Positions 25,423 through 32,000 of a stretch of 32,000 nt of DNA are shown piece after piece. The notes under the pieces were generated by a model. The model was not told where the DNA came from. It saw nothing but the letters and a program-made list of their open reading frames with translations, and did no database searches. The position numbers were made by a program, and so were the translations under genes. The stretch is from assembly GCA_964354495.1 (NCBI GenBank), contig CAYHAA010000001.1:457049-489048 (forward strand), written 5' to 3'. How positions within the stretch are numbered: position 1 is the stretch's first letter; each line of letters begins with the position of its first letter. Origin of the DNA: an uncultured archaeon. GTDB lineage: Archaea; Asgardarchaeota; Thorarchaeia; Thorarchaeales; Thorarchaeaceae.

Positions 25423-26511
25423 ATGCAACTGAAAATGATATCATTATCAGGGACTCATTATGACATTGGTTTCCAGCATGGACAAATACTGTCTGGCACC
25501 ATAAGGAACTCAGTGATTCCGTATGTCCGGAAAGAGATGATAGACAAGGGAATAACAGACGCTGAGGGCGAAAGAATCTCGAAGAAGTATGAGGTCATTT
25601 ATGGAAACCTCTTTCCTGAGGTGCTTGAGGAAACCAGGGGAATTGCAGAAGGGGCGGAGATTGAATACCAGACTGCTCTGCTCCTGTTGCTGTTTTGGGA
25701 GATTCGCGATATTGCAGCTCAAGGCGCTCGTGAATGCACTTCCTTCGTTGCAGCAGGTGATGCTACAATCAAGGGCAATCCAATTGCTGCACAGAACTCT
25801 GACTGGCCTATTCAAATGCGAAACAAGAACATCGGTCAGGTCTTTCACGTTGAGGTAAAGAATCGTTACAAATTCATTGGAAGAGGCTTGGCTGGGAATC
25901 TGGGCAGAACATCTGTAATAGGTTTCAACGAGAGAGGACTTAGTTTCGTTGGATCAGGGATTCGTCAGGTTCAAGGAGGGGAATTTGGATTTCAACCCCT
26001 GAATATCACGAGAGTAGGTCTGGAACGATGCAGCACAGTAGGCGAATTCATTGATCTAGTTTGGAGTATTCCTAAGTGGTCACATGCAGGAGAAAATGTG
26101 GATGTTGTTGATGCTGAAGGAAAAATGGCTCGCATCAGCTTTTCGACTAAGCGCATAATGATAGTGCAGACAAAAGACCATTTCCTAGGGTCAGCTAACC
26201 ACTACCATACTAGTGAGATGCAACACTTCGGTCCTCCAAATAGAGAAGCATATCCATCTTCCTACGCCAGGTATGATCGAATGATAGAGTTGCTTAAGGA
26301 GAACTATGGGAGAATAGATAGGGATGTCACTATGAGAATAATGAGAGATCATAGATACGGCGATGTTCCTCCAGAAGGTGAGAAGTCTATCTGCAGACAC
26401 GGTGAAAACAACGAAACCATGACCAGTCTAATATCTGTTCCCAAAGACAGGGAGTTCTGGATTTATCCTGGTACTCCCTGCGGTGGGAACTATACTCGCT
26501 TCAGACTCTGA
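25423..26511 (+). CDS. Peptidase C45 / acyl-CoA:6-APA acyltransferase-like Ntn hydrolase
   Basis: GTHYDIGFQHG, EETRGIAEGA, nucleophile ECTSF, AQNSDW, GFNERGL and ANH. Confidence 0.88.
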   Translation: MQLKMISLSGTHYDIGFQHGQILSGTIRNSVIPYVRKEMIDKGITDAEGERISKKYEVIYGNLFPEVLEETRGIAEGAEIEYQTALLLLLFWEIRDIAAQGARECTSFVAAGDATIKGNPIAAQNSDWPIQMRNKNIGQVFHVEVKNRYKFIGRGLAGNLGRTSVIGFNERGLSFVGSGIRQVQGGEFGFQPLNITRVGLERCSTVGEFIDLVWSIPKWSHAGENVDVVDAEGKMARISFSTKRIMIVQTKDHFLGSANHYHTSEMQHFGPPNREAYPSSYARYDRMIELLKENYGRIDRDVTMRIMRDHRYGDVPPEGEKSICRHGENNETMTSLISVPKDREFWIYPGTPCGGNYTRFRL

Positions 26512-26534
26512 AGATTCAGTTCTTGATAACTTGG

Positions 26535-27593
26535 TCATTTCCAGACACGATCAAAGACTCGTAAGAGATTGCCGCCCAGCATCTTTCCAACATCCTGTTT
26601 TGAATGCCCTGCATCTAGGAGTGCCGTTCGCAGGTCCGGAACGTTAGCGATACTCTCGAATCCCTTTGGATAGTCAAATGATATTTTCTGGTCGCCTAAT
26701 TTCTGGCCCTTACCCCAGATGTAGTTGTGTTTCTCTTCTGGCCAGTTCTCCATCAAATCCGGTCCGAGACCTACATGATCAACCCCGATTAAGTCTACTA
26801 TATAACCCATATGTTTGACCATGTCATCAAGATTTGCTTGTGAGTCCTTCCTAAGGAACGCTGGTAGACAGTGAATTCCAATTACTCCCCCGTTCTCGCC
26901 CATGAGCTTCAGTATTTCATCATCCAAGTTGCGTGGATGATTGCATAGAGCAGCCGCATTTGAGTTGGATGCGATTATGGGCTGATTGGACAATTCTAGA
27001 ACGTCTCGGGTTCCCTGTCGTGAAAGCTGAGCGATATCTATCACCATCCCCAGACGGTTCATCTCCTCAACGACAGAGACGCCAAATTCGGAAAGCCCTC
27101 CATTCGTTCTATCCATACAACTATCAGAGATTTGGTTTCTGAGATTAGCTGTCAAATTCATCAAGCGAATCCCAAGTCTGTGAAACGTGCGAAGGAGAGA
27201 AAGGTCCTCCCTTATTGGATTGCCGCCTTGGAGAGCGAGAACGATGCCAAGCTTGTTTTCCTTTCTCACACGTTCAATTTCCTTCATGCTTGTAACAATG
27301 AGAATGTCATTGCTGTTCTCATTAGCCTCCTGTATCATGTAGTCAACACCATCTAATCCTCTCTCTAGATAATCTGCATTGGATAGGATTTTCTTGATTG
27401 GGAATGTTGTGAACATCCTCGTTTCTCCGCCAACATGATCACATATGATATTAACACCGCCTTTTCGGAGAGTGGGAAGATGGTACTTCTCTAATACATG
27501 GGTTTCACCATTACTCCTCCGTTCAGAAACATCTATCAAATAGTCAGTATGTGCTAGCACAACAAGTTCATTCATTTGGACAATAGGTTTCAT
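26535..27593 (-). CDS. Membrane dipeptidase (M19) fold protein with altered metal ligands
   Basis: HTD, LRTFHRLGIR...LT, GGLSEFG..VVEEMNRLGMVID, RNLDD, GGVIG and HVGLGPD. Start ATG 27593 is preferred. Confidence 0.85.
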   Translation of the reverse strand: MKPIVQMNELVVLAHTDYLIDVSERRSNGETHVLEKYHLPTLRKGGVNIICDHVGGETRMFTTFPIKKILSNADYLERGLDGVDYMIQEANENSNDILIVTSMKEIERVRKENKLGIVLALQGGNPIREDLSLLRTFHRLGIRLMNLTANLRNQISDSCMDRTNGGLSEFGVSVVEEMNRLGMVIDIAQLSRQGTRDVLELSNQPIIASNSNAAALCNHPRNLDDEILKLMGENGGVIGIHCLPAFLRKDSQANLDDMVKHMGYIVDLIGVDHVGLGPDLMENWPEEKHNYIWGKGQKLGDQKISFDYPKGFESIANVPDLRTALLDAGHSKQDVGKMLGGNLLRVFDRVWK

Positions 27594-27648
27594 ATTCACA
27601 CCACGTTGCTTCTTTGTCTGTACTTTAGTAGTATCAAATCTGAAAACA

Positions 27649-29007
27649 CTATATGCTGCTGAAAACATCATCTAGTTGCTGTAGAGAGAACTCCAGTTGC
27701 TCTTTGTCTATTACTAGGGGTGGGGTCATCTTAATGACATTTGAAAAATGACCGGCTCTATCGACTATAATGCCTTTCTTCAGCATTGCTGAGGCTACTT
27801 CTCTTGCCTTGTCTGGAGCAGGTGCTTTTGTCTTACGGTCCTTGACCAGCTCCATCCCGAGTAGAAGACCTTTTCCTCTAACATCTCCAATGATATCGTG
27901 CTTTGCCATCAATTCACTCATCCAGTCAAGAGCGTACTGCCCGAGTTTCTTGGAGTTCTCCATCATCTTTTCTTCATCTATTGCTTTGAGGCATGCTATA
28001 GCTGCTGCGCAACAGACGGGATTAGCTGCAAAGGTACCTGACTCATAACCATCTTCATGATCCAGAATGTCTCCCCTACCGATGACAACTGATAGACCAG
28101 CTAGTCCTCCGGCAAGTCCCTTTCCGAGAGTTATGAAATCAGGAGTAAGTCCCATCTGCTCGGACGCGAAAAAGCTGCCAGTTCTACCCAATCCTACCTG
28201 AATTTCATCGACTATCAGAGGGATTTGATTCTCAACACAGAGTTTTCGGAGAGCTGGAAAGTACTCTTTCGGTGGGATGGTTATTCCGCCCGCTGCTTGA
28301 ATCGGTTCTACTAACATTGCTGCAATCTCTGCTAGACCAGAATAGGAATCGTTCATCATACTTTCAACGTACCTAAAGCACTGTAGACCACAATCAGGAT
28401 ATTCCATACCAAACATACATCTGTAGCAGTATGGAAAAGGCATGAAGGTCACATTCCCAGCCATCAATGGCTGATACCCCTTTTTCTTGTCCGAGCTATT
28501 AGCAGACACTGCTAAAGTTGCATGAGATAATCCATGAAATCCTCCCTGGAAGGCGATGAAATCAGTATTCTTAGTAAAGTGTTTGGCGAATTTCATCGCT
28601 GTTTCCACTGCTTCTGATCCGCCTCTTCGAAAAACAACTCTATTCAGACCAATGCCAGCTCTTTCAACGAGCATTTGCAGTAACTGCGCTCTGGGAGCAT
28701 GAGGAGCTCGAGACGCTATGTGAATCATTTTCCTACATTGTTCTGTAATTGCAGCCACAACTTTTGGATGGCAATAGCCTACGTTTGCAACTGCGTATCC
28801 CGCGGAGAGGTCGATGTACTTATTTCCATCAACGTCTTCAATTACTGCTCCGTCGCCTTTGTCGTAAATCACAGGCCACTTGTCTTTAGAAGCCGCTTGA
28901 AAACCCGTGCTTTGAGGGGCTTCATACTTGAGGATTGTATCTATTATTTTCCTAGCTTCTTCGTTAGCTGGAGGTAATATCCTCTTTTTAGCTATGATTT
29001 CTCTCAT
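27649..29007 (-). CDS. Class III PLP aminotransferase (GabT/ArgD-like)
   Basis: DVDGNKYIDL, GSEAVE.A.K, FHG, VEPIQ..GG, DEIQVGLGRTG, TLGKG (PLP Lys) and VRGKGL. Confidence 0.92.
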   Translation of the reverse strand: MREIIAKKRILPPANEEARKIIDTILKYEAPQSTGFQAASKDKWPVIYDKGDGAVIEDVDGNKYIDLSAGYAVANVGYCHPKVVAAITEQCRKMIHIASRAPHAPRAQLLQMLVERAGIGLNRVVFRRGGSEAVETAMKFAKHFTKNTDFIAFQGGFHGLSHATLAVSANSSDKKKGYQPLMAGNVTFMPFPYCYRCMFGMEYPDCGLQCFRYVESMMNDSYSGLAEIAAMLVEPIQAAGGITIPPKEYFPALRKLCVENQIPLIVDEIQVGLGRTGSFFASEQMGLTPDFITLGKGLAGGLAGLSVVIGRGDILDHEDGYESGTFAANPVCCAAAIACLKAIDEEKMMENSKKLGQYALDWMSELMAKHDIIGDVRGKGLLLGMELVKDRKTKAPAPDKAREVASAMLKKGIIVDRAGHFSNVIKMTPPLVIDKEQLEFSLQQLDDVFSSI

Positions 29008-29598
29008 GCATTAGTCCTCTCTCATACCCACTTATATAATATTCGTAAAAAAAGACGAAAAGAGGTTTAACCTACCATATATATGAAATAATACCATTAT
29101 TTCTATTAGTGATAGCACTCATGCAATTAGCTAGGAACTCCCCGCAAGATTTTAATGATTATTCATTATATTCCACATTAAAAGAAGCCAGAAACGAGAA
29201 CTCATTACAAATCGCTAATTGTGTTTGAGCATGATTTTTCACGAGAGGTAGAAAGGGAGAATTTATCCGGGCTGAATAGTGCTTTCACTGAATCGATATC
29301 TTGATGCAATAGATCGTCGTATTATTGAGCAAAAGCCTCGCTTTAAATATGGTCTTATCTGGCTCTTATCCCCTAAAGAGGCTTGCAATTAAGGAAACTG
29401 AACTCGTACTTCTAGAAACTAATAGATATCTCTAATTTCATACAAGTGCTTATTCAATTTGGATTTGAAATAGTTGCATTAGAGTCAGTTCTGTCTAAAT
29501 CAACTATATTATTCATCTTATTTTATAAATGCATAATATTTAATAATACCTTTATAGAAGAAGAACCACATAAGCATCTTCTAAGAGGTTAAATAAGA

Positions 29599-31197
29599 AT
29601 GACCGGAAAAAAAAACCTAGCAATTGGGGCAGTCCTGATTGCTATTATAGTTGTCTCAGGTGTGGGATATCTACTTCTTCCTCCAGCTTCAACATCGAAG
29701 ACGACTCTTGTCGTAGGCATACACCTGGCAATTGGTAGATTCCTTCATCCGCTAACAGTCAACGGTGGAGACGATGCACCCGTCCTCAATGTGTTTGAAG
29801 GACTATTTCAGATACGAAATGATGTAATGGCAGTTGAGCCGCTCCTCGCTACCGACTGGGGAAACGTATCTGCAGATGGTCTAGAGTATACCTTTACATT
29901 ACGTCAAGGGATACGTTTCCATGATGGGACACCATTCAATGCTTCTTGTGTAAAAGCCCACTTCGATTCAATGTTTACATATGGAGCTGGAATGACATAC
30001 TACTACACTGCCACTTTGCTCAATAGCACTTATGTCATCGACGACTACACTGTCAAATTCAAATTAAACTATCCAAGCACATCTTTCACTTGGCACCTTG
30101 GCAACATAGCTGGATATATACCGAGTCCCACAGCAATAGAAACATACGGAATAGATAACATCAACGATCACCCAGTTGGAACAGGACCATTCAAGTTCGT
30201 AAGCAGAGTCCCTGACCAAGAGGTAGTTGTTGAGGCAAACAGAGACTGGTGGCAACTGAACCATGGTGAGGTAATCACGGTGGACGAAGTCATTTGGACT
30301 CAGGTTGCTGACGCAGCAACGCTAGCCATAGCTCTCCAAAATGGCGAAGTTGATCTTATGGATGGAAGATTGAACAATGAAGACTATCACCTTCTCTCAG
30401 CGAATCCCAATCTCGTACGATACGATATTAGCTCTTCGAGTTCTCGTCGCTGGCTGACATTCACCATGAATGATACAGTGTGGGATGTCTTCCCCAACAA
30501 GACCATGAGACAGGCATTCGCCTACGCCATTCCGTATGATGAGATAATCGAAGTTGGTCTTTCAGGATACGGTCAGAGACAGTATAGCTTATTGGCACCA
30601 GAACACCCGAATTATATGCCAGTCGGAGAGAAATACGAATATAACACAACTAAGGCACTTGAGCTCATTGCAGAAGGGGGATTCACTCCTCCAGTAGCGG
30701 TCACTCTTCATATCACTCCTACGCACTATGGCGTTTCCGAGGTTAACATTGCTGCTCTCATAAAAGAACGCGCTCTGCCTGCTGGATTCGATGTGAGCAT
30801 TGTGCAGGAGGAATATACTTCCTTCAAGACACGGTATCAGAAAACTAGTGAACAGGAAATGTGTCTATGGTCTTGGGCGGCGAATCCAGAAATAGTATGG
30901 TTCGATATGTTTATGAGATCGAACACATGGGGTCCTGGATACTCAGAGGCTCTTGGTGGTGATATGGCAGTCCTCTACCCGTATGTTGATGACCTAATAA
31001 CTGAAGCGACAGGAACCACAAACTCTACCCGATATAGTGAGATCTGCGTCGAGCTTCAGGAATTGTGGGCTGAATGGTTGCCTAACATTTGGATTTGGAG
31101 AGAAGTCACGTATCGGTTTGCTAGAAGCAATATTCAAAATCTGGTCTATGGCCCTACGTTCTACGTCTACCATCTTCACGATGTTATAAAAACCTGA
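29599..31197 (+). CDS. ABC transporter substrate-binding protein, family 5 (DppA/OppA-like), N-terminally membrane anchored
   Basis: FEGL, EPLLATDW, YTFTLRQGIRFHDGTPFNA, GTGPFKF, GEVDL and RQAFAYAI. Hydrophobic N-terminal anchor. Confidence 0.92.
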   Translation: MTGKKNLAIGAVLIAIIVVSGVGYLLLPPASTSKTTLVVGIHLAIGRFLHPLTVNGGDDAPVLNVFEGLFQIRNDVMAVEPLLATDWGNVSADGLEYTFTLRQGIRFHDGTPFNASCVKAHFDSMFTYGAGMTYYYTATLLNSTYVIDDYTVKFKLNYPSTSFTWHLGNIAGYIPSPTAIETYGIDNINDHPVGTGPFKFVSRVPDQEVVVEANRDWWQLNHGEVITVDEVIWTQVADAATLAIALQNGEVDLMDGRLNNEDYHLLSANPNLVRYDISSSSSRRWLTFTMNDTVWDVFPNKTMRQAFAYAIPYDEIIEVGLSGYGQRQYSLLAPEHPNYMPVGEKYEYNTTKALELIAEGGFTPPVAVTLHITPTHYGVSEVNIAALIKERALPAGFDVSIVQEEYTSFKTRYQKTSEQEMCLWSWAANPEIVWFDMFMRSNTWGPGYSEALGGDMAVLYPYVDDLITEATGTTNSTRYSEICVELQELWAEWLPNIWIWREVTYRFARSNIQNLVYGPTFYVYHLHDVIKT

Positions 31198-31223
31198 TAA
31201 CCTGAATTCAAAGGCACTTAGCC

Positions 31224-31272
31224 ATCTGGAAGCAAAACTGCTTCCAGATACTTTTTTTTCTTTCGTTTTTGA
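31224..31272 (+). terminator. Hairpin plus T-tract terminator downstream of the SBP gene
   Basis: ATCTGGAAGCA-AAAC-TGCTTCCAGAT (11-bp stem, 31224-31249) followed by ACTTTTTTTTCTTTCGTTTTTG. Confidence 0.75.
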
Positions 31273-31680
31273 TATTTCTTATATTCGAGTAATATTCCAT
31301 TTCCAAAGCTTTCGGTGCTTATTCTAAACTAGCTGTATGAAATCGAAGAAAACACGTGAATCAACGCTAGTCTATGCTACTGTAATCAAAAACAGATTGC
31401 TCTTTAGAACTCAATATCCGCAACAATCCGCTGTAGCATTACTTAGCGAAGAACCCATACCGTGAAATATAGCTGAGTTCTTCCAGTCGGCTTTCGGTTT
31501 GCACTTTAGTGCATTCCGTGCACTACACGGAGCCACATGATTTGTCTACACAACTGCGCACATTTCAAGAACTGCTTTGGCCTTGAGGATTTTCATATTC
31601 ATTGAGTACTTGTTTGGTTTTGAGCACTATGAAGCATTTGCTTACACAACATCATGATTAATCAAGAAAGCCGCTAGGCA

Positions 31681-32000
31681 CTACATTTGGTGTACTACAC
31701 TTCCTTCTTTCATGACCAATTGAACATTTCGTAGATGCTGAAGATCCAAGAAGGGTTCGCCCCTTACGACTATTAAATCCGCAATTTTCCCGACTTCGAT
31801 GGTTCCTATTTTGTTCTCCATTCCCAATGCCTGTGATGCAACTCCGGTAGCTGCTGCTATGGCTTCGAGCGGTGTCATACCGCCTCTAGTCATAAGCTGA
31901 AGTTCCTCAACGAATCCATCAAAGGTCACATAAGACCAGCCTGCATCGTCTCCAGCACCAATCCTAACTCCCAAGTTTTTCAAATGCCCAAGAGTTTCGA
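31681..32000 (-). CDS. Metal-dependent amidohydrolase, C-terminal part (truncated by window edge)
   Basis: GAGDDAG, EELQLM...MTPLEAI.AAT..A..LG...IGTIEVGK.ADL.VV.G.P. The frame stays open to position 32000. Confidence 0.85.
   Translation of the reverse strand, partial: ETLGHLKNLGVRIGAGDDAGWSYVTFDGFVEELQLMTRGGMTPLEAIAAATGVASQALGMENKIGTIEVGKIADLIVVRGEPFLDLQHLRNVQLVMKEGSVVHQM

Noticed and set aside
27594-27671. Longer start for the M19-like gene
   Set aside because: It overlaps the aminotransferase 3' end. ATG 27593 has a better upstream motif and places HxD at the usual position.
31262-31680. Possible decayed zinc-finger ORF on the minus strand (CTEC fragment)
   Set aside because: Interrupted by stops in all frames, with no supportable identity.
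1-32000. tRNA, rRNA, CRISPR array, integrase or transposase
   Set aside because: No T-arm consensus with cloverleaf, no spaced direct repeats and no DDE or tyrosine-recombinase motifs were seen.

Overview
Archaeal-looking window: GGTGA/GGAGG ribosome-binding motifs, frequent GTG/TTG starts, TATA-like boxes and RIO kinases. An Asgard (Thorarchaeota-like) origin is an inference from gene content only. Left half (about 1-15.6 kb, higher GC by spot counts): two tandem RIO kinases, an ACT-domain protein, a membrane winged-helix/zinc-ribbon protein, a DSD1/D-threonine-aldolase-type PLP enzyme, a DinB protein, a DUF885-like peptidase, a CTL/SLC44-like membrane protein, two USPs and small hypotheticals. 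The most striking locus is a PqqD/RRE-fused radical SAM/SPASM enzyme (5657-7081) next to a 708-aa DUF2207-like single-pass membrane protein. That protein ends in a 49-aa tail with 11 Cys and 9 His, built from CHSA repeats, and is followed with zero spacing by a metallophosphoesterase. This is a candidate RiPP-like modification system whose substrate would be a membrane protein tail rather than a small peptide. Right half (about 15.8-32 kb, AT-richer): an orphan PD-(D/E)xK-like protein and a peptide/amine uptake-and-catabolism cluster (Dpp ABC transporter, C45 Ntn hydrolase, M19-fold protein with a remodelled metal site, class III aminotransferase, MmgE/PrpD, NadX-like protein, amidohydrolase). 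Two diverged 142-bp MITEs with IS903-like terminal inverted repeats and perfect 9-bp target-site duplications lie at 40-181 and 20315-20456. No tRNA, rRNA or CRISPR array was recognised.
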